Shown: positions 1-10,440, counted from the stretch's first letter. The stretch is DNA of 64,000 bases from an uncultured Pseudomonadota bacterium (GCA_963836235.1 CAWIIP010000002.1:704001-768000), one strand, 5' to 3'. The notes: generated from the letters alone by a model not told the origin. Numbers and translations are program-made.

Positions 1-321
1 AAAATCTTTTAATAATGGAAGCCACGGCGATATTGAAGCAGAAACACGCAAGCGAACCTAACCTTGCATCAATTTGCAAAGGTTTGTCAAAACCCTCTTT
101 ATCAAATCAAAAAATCTTGCTTTTGACAAACCTCAATGTCTTTTTTCGGAAATATCCCCGAATCTCAACTATTTTGACCGCTTGACCAGTCCAAAATTCA
201 ATCTATTTTTCTGGCCAATTCTTCTGTTGAAATTTGGTGCTCGCAAAACCTTCAACAATCGTAACGGTTTTACCCCGATGACTCTTTTTCGAAGATATCA
301 GTTTTATAAAAAAACCTAAAA

Positions 322-351
322 TAAAAAAAGCCGCCCCATGGAGCGACTTTT
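322..351 (-). terminator. Intrinsic terminator after the tRNA pair
   Basis: Minus strand reads AAAAGTCGCTC-CAT-GGGGCGGC-TTTTTTT: a hairpin with G-U pairs and a U-tract directly after the tRNA-Met CCA. Confidence 0.7.
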
Positions 352-358
352 ATAACAG

Positions 359-435
<77 letters not shown>

Positions 436-485
436 TCTTTTTGGCGCACAAAAGCGCCTCGCTTTTACATGACAATACTGATCAA

Positions 486-573
486 TGGTGCCGAGACCCG
501 GAATCGAACCGGGACGAGCTTTAGGCCCGAGGGATTTTAAGTCCCTTGCGTCTGCCAGTTCCGCCATCTCGGC
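486..573 (-). tRNA. tRNA-Leu, anticodon TAA
   Basis: Reverse complement GCCGAGATGGCGGAACTGGCAGACGCAAGGGACTTAAAATCCCT...GGTTCGATTCCGGGTCTCGGCACCA, with a long variable arm and CCA end. Confidence 0.96.
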
Positions 574-672
574 AAAAAACTACCCGATCACTAGTTCCTA
601 ACCGAAATAAAATTAAAATTCGATTCTTTTAAAAAAACCGACGCCGATTTTAAGGTGCGATAAAGGACGGTT

Positions 673-701
673 AGAATAACGGCCAGTAGAAGTGAAGTCA
701 A
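673..701 (-). promoter_or_regulatory. Sigma70-type promoter for the tRNA pair
   Basis: Minus strand TTGACT-17 nt-TATTCT upstream of tRNA-Leu. Confidence 0.7.
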
Positions 702-718
702 CAACGATTCCGAGCTAA

Positions 719-1003
719 TTATTTACCATCATTTTTTGAAAACTTGTAAACCAATTCTCCCGGCTTCACAAGATTCAATTCTTCCCGGGCTTGTTTTTCA
801 AAAATCGAAGCACTTTTAGAAAAAAATTGATACTCCAATTGGTAGTGCCTAATTTGGTTGTTCAATATAAAAACTTGTTCAGACAAACTCTTTTTTTCTT
901 GCTGGAGTTTATATAAATTCCACAAACCACGATTTCCGCTGAAGAGAAGATATCCAGTCGCAAAAAAGATAAGCCCATTTGCCCATTTTTTTGTTGCCGT
1001 CAT
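719..1003 (-). CDS. ftsB: Septum formation initiator, FtsB/DivIC family
   Basis: N-terminal TM ending in GNRGL, a coiled coil, and the motif FEKQAREELNLVKPGELVY. Confidence 0.8.
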   Translation of the reverse strand: MTATKKWANGLIFFATGYLLFSGNRGLWNLYKLQQEKKSLSEQVFILNNQIRHYQLEYQFFSKSASIFEKQAREELNLVKPGELVYKFSKNDGK

Positions 1004-1836
1004 TTATTCTCCCAGGGCTTGAATAATTCATGCCAGCCCCTTTGTTGTTCACATTTCAGGATATCCAAAAGAAGCTCTAACGGCTTATTTTCGTAAGTTA
1101 TTTTATATCTTAATAGATATTTTTCAAGGACAACACACTGAATCGAAAACAAAAAAACAGCTCCAAAAAAGAACCAAAACGGCCAAATAATGCAAAATAA
1201 TAATATAAAAGAAAAACAAATAAATAATATCAAAATGGAAGTAACCCAATTCCCAAAAACCAGGAGAAAGGATTTATAAAAAATTTTTAAAAAAGGAGGA
1301 TTTTGAAAAAATAATATTGGCCACTGATACATTGACGCCAGAAGCCAGAAAATTAAAATCCAAAAAATGGCTCCCGCTAATAAATAATCAATAAACCGAT
1401 GGGAACTATTAAAATAAAAACAGACCCGAATGTTAAAAACAGCAAGAGCGATAACAAAACCCGAGACTATCGCAACTCCCGTTGCTTTAAGTACATACTT
1501 CTTGATCCCGAACAAAACATCTTTTAAACTACCTTGGCCCTCAATAAAAACTTTAAATATAAGGTGGGCCCAGCCAAGCGAAACTATAGTTTCAGCAATG
1601 AAAATCAAAAAATAATTGAAAGGGTAGATTTTCCTTGAAATAGGAATAAAATTGAACTGCACAAAAAACCAACCCACCCCAAAACAAGAAAATGCCCAAC
1701 AAAAATTGTAAAAAACGAGATAAAAAAGATGGTCAAAATAACGCCAAAACCAGGATTTAAAAATTTCTATGGGGCGCAAATGAACCGAGAGTTCATGCGA
1801 TGGATAAACCGGTGGTACTTTTAATCGAAACCTCAA
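1000..1836 (-). CDS. Multi-pass membrane protein (YesL/DUF624-like)
   Basis: About five hydrophobic helices with a YQWPIL...YKSFLLV pattern; stop overlaps the ftsB start. Confidence 0.55.
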   Translation of the reverse strand: MRFRLKVPPVYPSHELSVHLRPIEIFKSWFWRYFDHLFYLVFYNFCWAFSCFGVGWFFVQFNFIPISRKIYPFNYFLIFIAETIVSLGWAHLIFKVFIEGQGSLKDVLFGIKKYVLKATGVAIVSGFVIALAVFNIRVCFYFNSSHRFIDYLLAGAIFWILIFWLLASMYQWPILFFQNPPFLKIFYKSFLLVFGNWVTSILILFICFSFILLFCIIWPFWFFFGAVFLFSIQCVVLEKYLLRYKITYENKPLELLLDILKCEQQRGWHELFKPWENK

Positions 1837-1840
1837 GAGA

Positions 1841-2200
1841 TCAGGTCAACTCTTTTTCAAACTTTGGAATAGCCTTTTTTAGTTCCAAGCGGCCTCTTCC
1901 TAGATTTCCATCAAGATTAATGGCAAGCGTCACAAAATAACTTTGACCAACCATCATCATGATCATCGTAGCTTTATCGGTAGTTATCAAAATTTCAGCC
2001 GTATTTCCTAGTCCAAAATTAGAGGAAGCTCGCATTGCATTTTTGATAATACTGGAATATTCGGCACCAACTGCGTTGATATCGAAGGTTGAATTATGAG
2101 AAATCTGATCAATAACGATTCCATCCATTCCAACCAATCCTGCTCCTAGCGCCCCTTCAACATTTGAAAGGGTTTCTTCTAATATTTTTTTGAAATCCAT
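1841..2200 (-). CDS. Roadblock/LC7 domain protein (MglB/MglC-like)
   Basis: VEGALGAGLVGMDGIVI and GNLGRGRLEL are typical roadblock motifs; 119 aa. Confidence 0.88.
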   Translation of the reverse strand: MDFKKILEETLSNVEGALGAGLVGMDGIVIDQISHNSTFDINAVGAEYSSIIKNAMRASSNFGLGNTAEILITTDKATMIMMMVGQSYFVTLAINLDGNLGRGRLELKKAIPKFEKELT

Positions 2201-2272
2201 TAGGTAATCCTGCCTGAAATTCTATTAAAGTCCATTAAGGCAGATCAATATAGTTTTTTTTAAATTGGAAAA

Positions 2273-3565
2273 CTATAATATTCTATCAAGTTTTTTGATA
2301 GAAGAATCCAGGGCAAGCCTTAATAACCCTAAATTAATCTTGCTATTAGCCAAAACAATCAGAATATATTTAGCAAACGCAACCAGCAATATATGCCCAG
2401 AATTGGCCGTAATTAAAACCTGATTCAATTTCCCTTGATTAAGTTGCTCAACAGATTTATGGGTACTGTTAAAAATAATAGCGGCTTGTTTTCCTAACTC
2501 AGTATTATCGTTGCTATCTCCGAGAGAAACAATGTTAATTCCATTACCTTCCGTTATAAAGCATCGCATTATTCCATCCATAGACTCAAGCTCAGCTAAT
2601 ATCACTTTTAGGCCACTCGTTTGTTCCGAAGACAAATAAACATCTGCCTTTGTTTCGTTGCCTCTTATTTTAGCATTCAGAACTGATTCATTTTTTTTAA
2701 ACCCGAGCTGATTCTTTTTCCCCTCTAGTACAGCATCATCTCTTTCCCCATGCCGCATTACCTGTAAAATGTCATCTCTCGTAAATTTAGAATCATCTTC
2801 TTTTTTCCCCTTTCCAGGATTTTTCAAATCAACACGAGTTTCTTCTAGGAGATCACCTTTATGATCCGGAGGTTGAATAAATTCATTCTTCTTTAATTTT
2901 ACCGTAGCAGTATTAACTGCAGAATCCTTTTGTTGGCGATCAACAACTTCCGTTAATTTTTGACGCAATAATAGATTTTGAGGATCGTTGGCTAAAAGTT
3001 CCTGAAATACTTCGATGGCCTTATCAAAATGACCCTGTTTCAAATAAAGTTCAGCAATGGTTAATGAGGCCGTACTTTCTTTTGACGGATTCCGTTTTTC
3101 AGCAGCCAACAACTCTTTTTTAGGTTCTCTACTGGGTTTTTGCTCTTCCGCAGCTTTTTCAATAGCTTGTTTTAGGGCCTCTTGCGTCTCTTCATCGTCT
3201 GGATTCAAAGTCAGTATCTTTTGATACTCTTCTATTGCAGATTGACAGTCGCCTTGTCCAACAAAAATTGACCCGAGAAGTGAATGAGCCATTAAGTTTT
3301 CCGGATCCGTTTCCAAAACCTTTTTGAATTCACTCGCCGCCTGTTCGATTTTTTTCTGTTCTTGATAGATTCGACCTAGAACAACTCTAGCACTGGTATA
3401 GTTTGGATGTTTTTCTAAGCCTTTCTTGCAAATCTTAACGGCCTCTTCCAATCCACCTTGCTTTCGATAAGCATCTGCAAGGGGAGCAAAAACAAGCGAG
3501 TCAGGATTTTCTTCCAACTTTTTTTTCAACTCAGTTATTTCAGACGTAATGGGATCCTTCGTCAT
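2273..3565 (-). CDS. TPR-repeat protein with C-terminal roadblock/LC7 domain
   Basis: TPRs (FAPLADAYRKQG, ARVVLGRIY, LTIAELYLKQG), a charged linker, and a C-terminal domain ending INLGLLRLAL. Start placed at MTKDP (3565). Confidence 0.8.
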   Translation of the reverse strand: MTKDPITSEITELKKKLEENPDSLVFAPLADAYRKQGGLEEAVKICKKGLEKHPNYTSARVVLGRIYQEQKKIEQAASEFKKVLETDPENLMAHSLLGSIFVGQGDCQSAIEEYQKILTLNPDDEETQEALKQAIEKAAEEQKPSREPKKELLAAEKRNPSKESTASLTIAELYLKQGHFDKAIEVFQELLANDPQNLLLRQKLTEVVDRQQKDSAVNTATVKLKKNEFIQPPDHKGDLLEETRVDLKNPGKGKKEDDSKFTRDDILQVMRHGERDDAVLEGKKNQLGFKKNESVLNAKIRGNETKADVYLSSEQTSGLKVILAELESMDGIMRCFITEGNGINIVSLGDSNDNTELGKQAAIIFNSTHKSVEQLNQGKLNQVLITANSGHILLVAFAKYILIVLANSKINLGLLRLALDSSIKKLDRIL

Positions 3566-3569
3566 AAGC

Positions 3570-4676
3570 TTATGATAACTCACTTGCCTCAATTTGAAGT
3601 TGAGTTAAAACAGAAAGAATTATAGATTTTGGTATATTTTTTTGAATGGTAACAAGACCTATTTTTCTTGTCAATATAAATTGGACTTGTCCATTGCGCG
3701 CTTTCTTATCTAAAAACATCTTAAGATAAACTTTTTGCGGATCAAAGTAAGGGAGTTTATGAAGTAATTCAGCTTTTTTAAATAGCTCGATTTGCCTTTT
3801 CAAAACATTTCGCGAGCAAAAACCAAGCCGTAAAGAAAGCAAAGCCGCAAACCACATCCCATAAGTTATTGCTTCTCCATGGGTTAAAATTTGGTAATCG
3901 TAATAAGACTCAAGTGCATGTCCTAAGGTATGTCCATAATTTAACCATGCACGTTTACCTTGCTCTCCTTCGTCACGTGAAACAATATTAGCTTTGATTT
4001 CACAAGATTTCAAAATTAAATAATTCAATATTTTTTGATCTTTATTCAAAATTTTTTCGATTTTGTTTTCTATAAACCGGAACATATTTTCATCTTGAAT
4101 AACACTATATTTAATAACTTCGGCAAGACCCGTCTTAAATTGACGTTTGTCCAAAGTTGTAAGTACTGTTGGATCAATTAGCACAAGTCGAGGCTGATAA
4201 AATGTTCCTATTAAATTTTTTATGCCTTCAAAATCAATTGCTGTTTTCCCCCCTATACCAGCATCAACTTGGGCCAAAAAGGTTGTAGGACATTGTATAA
4301 AATCAATGCCTCTCATATAAATAGAGGCCGCCAAACCACCCAGATCACCAATCACACCTCCGCCCAATGCAAGCAAACAAGAATCTCTTTGAAAACCATT
4401 ATGTGCCAAAGTTTTTAAAATATAAAATAGCGAATTCTCATTTTTATACTGTTCTCCATCTGAAATACAAATTGGCACTGCTTGCAACCCAACCTTTTTA
4501 AAGCTTTCAATAAATATTTTCCCTTTGCTTTTAATCACAAAAGGATTTGATAATATTGCAATTTTTTTTGATCGAACAATTTTTTTAACTGCCAGTCCAC
4601 ATTTATTCAAAATATTATTTTGAATAACGACCTCGTAACTTCTACTGCCTAAGTTTACCTTAATTATCTTGCGCAA
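3570..4676 (-). CDS. aroB: 3-dehydroquinate synthase
   Basis: LGGGVIGDLGG, PTTFLAQVDAGIGGKT, LNYGHTLGHALE, HGEA. Start uncertain: TTG at 4676 chosen, ORF extends to 4772. Confidence 0.95.
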   Translation of the reverse strand: MRKIIKVNLGSRSYEVVIQNNILNKCGLAVKKIVRSKKIAILSNPFVIKSKGKIFIESFKKVGLQAVPICISDGEQYKNENSLFYILKTLAHNGFQRDSCLLALGGGVIGDLGGLAASIYMRGIDFIQCPTTFLAQVDAGIGGKTAIDFEGIKNLIGTFYQPRLVLIDPTVLTTLDKRQFKTGLAEVIKYSVIQDENMFRFIENKIEKILNKDQKILNYLILKSCEIKANIVSRDEGEQGKRAWLNYGHTLGHALESYYDYQILTHGEAITYGMWFAALLSLRLGFCSRNVLKRQIELFKKAELLHKLPYFDPQKVYLKMFLDKKARNGQVQFILTRKIGLVTIQKNIPKSIILSVLTQLQIEASELS

Positions 4677-5268
4677 TATTTGTATCCATTTTTCTTGAAT
4701 GAATTTTTCGATGCCAAAAAAGGTTCTTCTTGTCAGATAACGTCTTTTTAAAATTAAAGGTTTAATTTTCAACTCTTAATTAATACGGAAACCTCAAGAA
4801 ACTGTCTGATTGATTTTGAAGTACCACGCTCAAGGCTAAGGTAAATAGCTGAATTTTTACCCGGATATTATTTGCAACAATACCTTGTGTAATTGATTCA
4901 AAACCTTTTTGCAATCCAGCTGCCAATTTTAAAAACAACAAAATTATTTTTACTAAGAATACATCTCGCTTCCATTTCAAAAGTATTTGAAATTGTGTCG
5001 ATCTCGGATTTTCGAAACAACGTTTACGTTCTATTCGGCTACGGAGATCTCAGTAAAAACGGTTAAACGAAATCAAAAAGAATTAAAGATAAATCCTACT
5101 TGATAAATTTTAAAACAATTTTATATCTACAGAAAGCCAAAGTTTCATTTGTTTCCTTCAACGTCTAGCTTTTACACTCTGATGCTCATACTGTATTAAT
5201 CTCAAAATTTTGTTTCCTTACCCCGGAACGCTTTTGTCTCATTTTGGGAAACGAGATTTAAGAGCTTT

Positions 5269-5817
5269 TCAAAAATCACTGCATAAATTAAAGGGACAAT
5301 CTTTTTTTAAAACATCAATAATTTCAATAGCAATATCTTTTGGATTCTTGCGATTCGTATCAAAACTAGCTTGAGCGAGTGAATAAAACGGGATTCTCTC
5401 TTTTAACAAAATATCTAAATATTCAATCGGATTTTTCGACTTTGACAACAACGGCCTTTTCTCTAAATGACTTGAAACTCTTTGCCATATATTTTCAGGA
5501 GAAACTTTAAGCCAAATACACCAACCTAATTTCAAGAGACTTTCTCGATTATTTTTATCAACCCAAGTTCCGCCACCCGTCGAAACGACATATTTTTTTT
5601 TTCCAATAAGCCACTTAATGGCATCTTCTTCTTGTTGGCGAAAAAACTCTTCTCCTTTCTTTTCGAAAATTTCAGGTATCTTTTCCCCATTTTTTTCTTC
5701 TATCCAACTGTCAACATCCCAAAAATCGTAATTTAAAATTTTCGACAATTCTTTTCCCGTTGATGTTTTGCCGGATCCCATAAAACCAACAAGAACAATA
5801 TTTGGAGGTAACGCCAT
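5269..5817 (-). CDS. aroK: Shikimate kinase
   Basis: P-loop GFMGSGKTS, GEEFFR, STGGG, RPLL. Confidence 0.95.
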   Translation of the reverse strand: MALPPNIVLVGFMGSGKTSTGKELSKILNYDFWDVDSWIEEKNGEKIPEIFEKKGEEFFRQQEEDAIKWLIGKKKYVVSTGGGTWVDKNNRESLLKLGWCIWLKVSPENIWQRVSSHLEKRPLLSKSKNPIEYLDILLKERIPFYSLAQASFDTNRKNPKDIAIEIIDVLKKDCPFNLCSDF

Positions 5818-5824
5818 TTGGGGA

Positions 5825-6988
5825 TTAATACGTTTTAATGTGTTTCAAATACATGTTATACCGTTCCCTGATTTCTTTCATGAAATCGCCACCTATTTTT
5901 TCCAAAAAAGCTTCCAAAATCACCCAAGCGCAAAGCGCCTCTCCAATTACTGCGGCTGCCGGCAGAGCACAAACATCCGAACGTTCATATGCAGCCTTAA
6001 TTTCTTTTTTTGTTTCAATGTTAACAGAGCGAAGCGGTTTTCGAAGGGTCGATATTGGTTTTTTTGCCACCCGCACAATAATAGGTTCCCCATTACTCAT
6101 CCCTCCCTCAATTCCTCCGGCCTTATTTGATAAATGAAAAAAACCTTTAGTCTTGTTATAGGCAATTTCATCATGTACTTCTGATCCGAATAAACCCGAA
6201 TTTCGAAAACCTTCTCCAATTTCAACACCTTTGATTGCTTGTAAACTCAATAAGGAATGCGCTAATCGCCCATCTAGTTTCCTGTCCCACTGAACGTGGC
6301 TTCCGAGTCCGATGGGTACTCCAGTTACAATTACTTCAAAGATTCCCCCTAAAGTATCGCCTTTTAGCTTCGCTGCTTCAATAAGCGCCATTGCCTTTTT
6401 TTCGGCTTTTTTTTCTAACATTCGAACTGGGGATTTATCTGCCTCTTTATTGAGATTGTCATAGTTTAAAATTTTATGGTTTGATGAGGAAGAGCCTAAT
6501 TGCCTAACATGACTTTGAACAAAGATATTGAAGGAAGTCAAAAATATTTTAGCAACTGCACCCCCAGCAACCCTAGCCGTTGTTTCCCTTGCACTTGCTC
6601 TTTCCAATATGTTCCTCAAATCCCTTTGATTATATTTAATTCCACCTGGTAAGTCTGCGTGACCAGGTCGCGGCCGTTGAAGAGGATTTCCTTTTTTCTC
6701 GTTCGAAAAATCAGGTGACATAACTCTTTCCCAATTTTCATAATCCTTATTTTTTATGAAAAGGGCGATGGGTGATCCTAAAGTTTCTCCATTTCGAATT
6801 CCGGAGACAATTTCCACCTGATCATTTTCAATAAGCATACGGCCTCCCCGACCATATCCTCGCTGTCGTCGGGCCAATTCCGTATTAATTTCAGCGGCTG
6901 ATATGATCAATCCAGCGGGAAAACCTTCCAAAATAACCACTATCCCTTTTCCGTGCGACTCACCCGCCGTCAGAAAACGTATACTCAC
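5825..6988 (-). CDS. aroC: Chorismate synthase
   Basis: TAGESHG, RPGHAD, ERASARET, GGIEGGMSNG, ERSD. GTG start at 6988 with a GGAG RBS. Confidence 0.97.
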   Translation of the reverse strand: MSIRFLTAGESHGKGIVVILEGFPAGLIISAAEINTELARRQRGYGRGGRMLIENDQVEIVSGIRNGETLGSPIALFIKNKDYENWERVMSPDFSNEKKGNPLQRPRPGHADLPGGIKYNQRDLRNILERASARETTARVAGGAVAKIFLTSFNIFVQSHVRQLGSSSSNHKILNYDNLNKEADKSPVRMLEKKAEKKAMALIEAAKLKGDTLGGIFEVIVTGVPIGLGSHVQWDRKLDGRLAHSLLSLQAIKGVEIGEGFRNSGLFGSEVHDEIAYNKTKGFFHLSNKAGGIEGGMSNGEPIIVRVAKKPISTLRKPLRSVNIETKKEIKAAYERSDVCALPAAAVIGEALCAWVILEAFLEKIGGDFMKEIRERYNMYLKHIKTY

Positions 6989-7071
6989 TGTTGAATACTC
7001 CAATTAGGTTGGATTGTTTATTGATACATTTTTAAAAAAGGCCTTTAAAAAGTACCTTTTAAATTTAATTT

Positions 7072-9450
7072 TTAATCTTCTAACAAGGTGGGCGTAACAA
7101 AAATAACAAGTTCTTCATGTTGATCACTCTTGGAATGCACTTGAAAAAGGCTTCCAATGATAGGCAGACTTGATAAAAGGGGCAAACCATCCACTTCCTC
7201 TTGCACAACCTCTCTGACAAGACCACCAATTACGATTGTTTCTCCATTCTTCGTCGTAATGGTTGTTGTCGCCGTTTGAACATTTGTAGGAGGTGGTGCA
7301 CCCGGCGCAGCGGGTCCGGATGGAGTTGTAATAGAAGCTGAAATCACCGTAGTTATTTTTCCATCATCAGTTATGCGTGGAAGCACTTTAAGATCAATCG
7401 GAAGCGCCACTTGAAGATATGTGGTTGTTGTTTGAAAACCCACATTAGGAACAGCGATCTCAGTTGTCGATGGAACAATAACATTTTCAGTTTCATTTAT
7501 TTCCGCTGCAATTCCACTCTGAGTAGAAACTCGGGGTCGTGAAATTACCTTTCCTTTTTTATGAGTGATTAAAGCTTGAATACTAGCCGAAATGTCCATG
7601 CCACTTCTGACCGTCCCAAAACTTAATACTCCAGGAGCCCCATTTGTTCCTGTCGGCGGAAGATCAAGACCGGCAGAAAATGTAGGGTCTCCAGTCCCCC
7701 TATTAGCAGACCAAATAACACCCATAGCCGAATCATTCTCATCATCAATTTCAACGATATTGGATTCAATCAAAACCTGTTCTGGCTTAATATCTAACTC
7801 ATTAATTAATTCTAAGAGAACACCCATATTAGTTGCGGTTTCCCAAATAATTAATTGCTGCTTATCTGCTTTCACTTGAATCTTTCCAACAGGCGTCAGG
7901 TAAGGTGTTAATATCGGGCTCATTTGTGCTGCCGTGGCATAGTTCAACTTTACCACCCTGATAATCCGATCACCACTTGAGCCAACATCCAGCTTTAAAT
8001 CCTTTATTGCCATTTTATATTCTTCGATATCCGAAGTCGTCCCAGTCAAGACAATAACATTTCGAGTGGTATCAAAAAAAGTGCTTGAAGCGTTGGATGC
8101 CGGAAGAATAGACCTCACTAAAGTATCAAATTGGTTTGGTAACATACCATTTGAGGGAGTTATGATTTCAGTGATGTGCGGCAAAATTAATTTTGTGCTT
8201 TTGAGGGTGGCTTGTGGACCAACTCGAAGAGTATTCCCTTGTAAATCATAATCATAATTACCCGAAACCAATAAATCAGAAAGTGCAGTTTTGAAGGGAA
8301 TGTCTTTAAATTTTTCTGAAACAGTACCTGTTAAAGGCCCTCCAACAAAATTCACCTCAAAACCAGCTTCCCCCGCAAGAGTTTTAATCACCGCATTAAG
8401 GTCAGCACTTTCAAGGTCAAGTGAAATAAGTTGGTTGAGATTTCCCTTTTTTGTTTCCTGTTTTTGAATAACTGGCGGAGCCGACAACGTCAGTACCACT
8501 TGATTCAAATCACGATCTATTTGGTTAACGGTCCCAGGAAGAAGAGTCAGCAAAACCTCTGAAATTGGAGAAAAAACAGGGCCAATTTGTCGACACTCCA
8601 GGGAAAGTAACCCACTTTTTTGTATTCCAATTTCATCCATTCTTAACTTTTTCACCTTGTCTTCGATTTCCAATTTAGTGTTTTGAAACCGAATCACTAA
8701 TTTTTCAGGTTGAGATAATTTTCTAATTGTGTATTTTGAGGGGCCATCAGAGGTCAAAACCACTTTAATACAATTTCCAAGCGGCTTTAACGAAACATCA
8801 ACAAGCCTGGAAAATAGCCCCTTTTCATCGGTGGCATTAGTCACCGGTAAAACCGTTCCAGAAGCATTTTGATTACTTTGGCTTGATTCCGGATTTAACA
8901 ATAAGGTAAAACCAAGGTCTGATTTTTCTAAAACAAAATTTTTGATGCCTTTGCCATCAAAAACAAGCCATGCAGTTCCTTCATGGATTGACGAGCGAAC
9001 GTCCGTCACAAAAAAAATAGCCCCCCTTATTTTGGGCGGAATATTTAACTTTGTTTTTAAAAACTTTAACAAGATTTTCCCGCTCGATATTTTTTGAGCA
9101 AGCGGTTTTGGAAGGTCATCTCCTTCAATTGAAACCTTAGCCCCCTGCCCCTCTTTCGAAAAGTTCACTCCATTAATTACGCTCGAACCAGCTTTTCTTG
9201 TTTTCTCAGAAGTTTTCGTTTCAACTATCCCTGACCCATTAATCGAGCTGATCGCCGAAGTTATTCCATTTTCACTTGTTGCGTTTTTAGAGTTCGATAA
9301 ATTCTTTTCGGAAGAAATACCGTTTGTGGTTGTTGCCGCACCGGCGCTCAAATCAATATCGATGTCGTCAGCCTGTGAAATACAATTGCTTAATAACAAT
9401 ATTCCGAATCCCAAAAAGCATCTGTTCAAGTGCGAACAAAATCGTCGCAT
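7072..9450 (-). CDS. pilQ: Type IV pilus secretin PilQ
   Basis: Signal peptide, AMIN-like N-domains, ISLDLESADL, QVLIESNIVE, GETIVIGGL, GLPLLSSLPIIGSLF, ELVIFVTP; last gene of pilMNOP. Confidence 0.9.
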   Translation of the reverse strand: MRRFCSHLNRCFLGFGILLLSNCISQADDIDIDLSAGAATTTNGISSEKNLSNSKNATSENGITSAISSINGSGIVETKTSEKTRKAGSSVINGVNFSKEGQGAKVSIEGDDLPKPLAQKISSGKILLKFLKTKLNIPPKIRGAIFFVTDVRSSIHEGTAWLVFDGKGIKNFVLEKSDLGFTLLLNPESSQSNQNASGTVLPVTNATDEKGLFSRLVDVSLKPLGNCIKVVLTSDGPSKYTIRKLSQPEKLVIRFQNTKLEIEDKVKKLRMDEIGIQKSGLLSLECRQIGPVFSPISEVLLTLLPGTVNQIDRDLNQVVLTLSAPPVIQKQETKKGNLNQLISLDLESADLNAVIKTLAGEAGFEVNFVGGPLTGTVSEKFKDIPFKTALSDLLVSGNYDYDLQGNTLRVGPQATLKSTKLILPHITEIITPSNGMLPNQFDTLVRSILPASNASSTFFDTTRNVIVLTGTTSDIEEYKMAIKDLKLDVGSSGDRIIRVVKLNYATAAQMSPILTPYLTPVGKIQVKADKQQLIIWETATNMGVLLELINELDIKPEQVLIESNIVEIDDENDSAMGVIWSANRGTGDPTFSAGLDLPPTGTNGAPGVLSFGTVRSGMDISASIQALITHKKGKVISRPRVSTQSGIAAEINETENVIVPSTTEIAVPNVGFQTTTTYLQVALPIDLKVLPRITDDGKITTVISASITTPSGPAAPGAPPPTNVQTATTTITTKNGETIVIGGLVREVVQEEVDGLPLLSSLPIIGSLFQVHSKSDQHEELVIFVTPTLLED

Positions 9451-9466
9451 CTTAAAATCTCCTTTT

Positions 9467-9889
9467 TTATTTTCGCGGATAAACAATTTTTTGGTCACCT
9501 TGAATCAACGTTAATTCGATATCAGAAACGTCCCCTACCACGCCGTCGATTTCCACACCAGCATCGCTATACAATTTTCTATACTTTAAAGTGTACCGAA
9601 CGGCCTGATTTCCGCGCCAAGTGAATAAGCCCATCGGATTACCTTCCATGACTATAACACCATGATACTCTAAATCAGAAATCGAAATTTGCGGAGACCG
9701 ATTTACGTTGTCTAAAGGCCTAAACGGATCACGCCCATGATAAACCGGAATATAAGGTGGTTGAATAGAAAAATTGACAAAAACAGGTTCTGGCACGTCC
9801 TGTTGTTGAGCAAGATTAACAGAGGGAATAAAAATAAAAAATATAAAAAAAACATATTCAATATAAACTTTATTGCATTTTATTTTCAT
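9467..9889 (-). CDS. pilP: PilP-like pilus assembly protein
   Basis: GRDPFRPL motif; located between pilO and pilQ. Confidence 0.65.
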   Translation of the reverse strand: MKIKCNKVYIEYVFFIFFIFIPSVNLAQQQDVPEPVFVNFSIQPPYIPVYHGRDPFRPLDNVNRSPQISISDLEYHGVIVMEGNPMGLFTWRGNQAVRYTLKYRKLYSDAGVEIDGVVGDVSDIELTLIQGDQKIVYPRK

Positions 9890-10440
9890 TATTTAGCTTG
9901 AACTCCACTAACAATAATTTGAGTCGATAAAGATAAAGTTGGATCGTCTGAAGTTGTTGGCGTATACGGAGTTACTTTTAACCCGTGGGCCGTCATCAAT
10001 AAATTCGAAGTGCTAATTTGATAAAGAAAATTTATAAGCCCCTTAAAATCAGAATGAAATTGTATATTAATTGGTATTTCAGTATATGAATCTTTAGAGG
10101 ATGGAGGATTAATGGTAAAACTTGTCAGCATAACATTGGACCGACTTTGCAAAAAACTAATAGCTTCAATTAATTTTGTTCTTTCGATCGATTTTGGAAT
10201 TCTATTCTGAATCCATTCGAGTTCCCGCTGAATTGAATCCTCTCTTTTTTTAAATTCCACATATTTAGCCACGATCATTTTCGCTTCTTCTAAGTCTTTT
10301 TTTTCCCCATCCAGCTTGGTTTGAAGGACCGATATTTTATTATTAATGGGTTTTAACAAAAATTGATAATAAAGAAAAGCAAGGCCAAAAAAAGCGAATA
10401 TCCCCAAAATAATGTATTGCTGGAGCGGTGTTATTTTCAT
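9889..10440 (-). CDS. pilO: Type IV pilus assembly protein PilO
   Basis: Single TM, coiled coil, YTEIPINIQF...LINFL; operon position. Confidence 0.85.
   Translation of the reverse strand: MKITPLQQYIILGIFAFFGLAFLYYQFLLKPINNKISVLQTKLDGEKKDLEEAKMIVAKYVEFKKREDSIQRELEWIQNRIPKSIERTKLIEAISFLQSRSNVMLTSFTINPPSSKDSYTEIPINIQFHSDFKGLINFLYQISTSNLLMTAHGLKVTPYTPTTSDDPTLSLSTQIIVSGVQAK

Noticed and set aside
74-319. 81-aa plus-strand ORF
   Set aside because: No recognisable motif or RBS; AT-rich sequence downstream of the tRNA terminator.
652-681. dif-like appearance (GGTGCGATAA...TTAGAATAAC)
   Set aside because: The spacer length and XerD arm fit poorly, and the right part is explained as the tRNA promoter -10 box.
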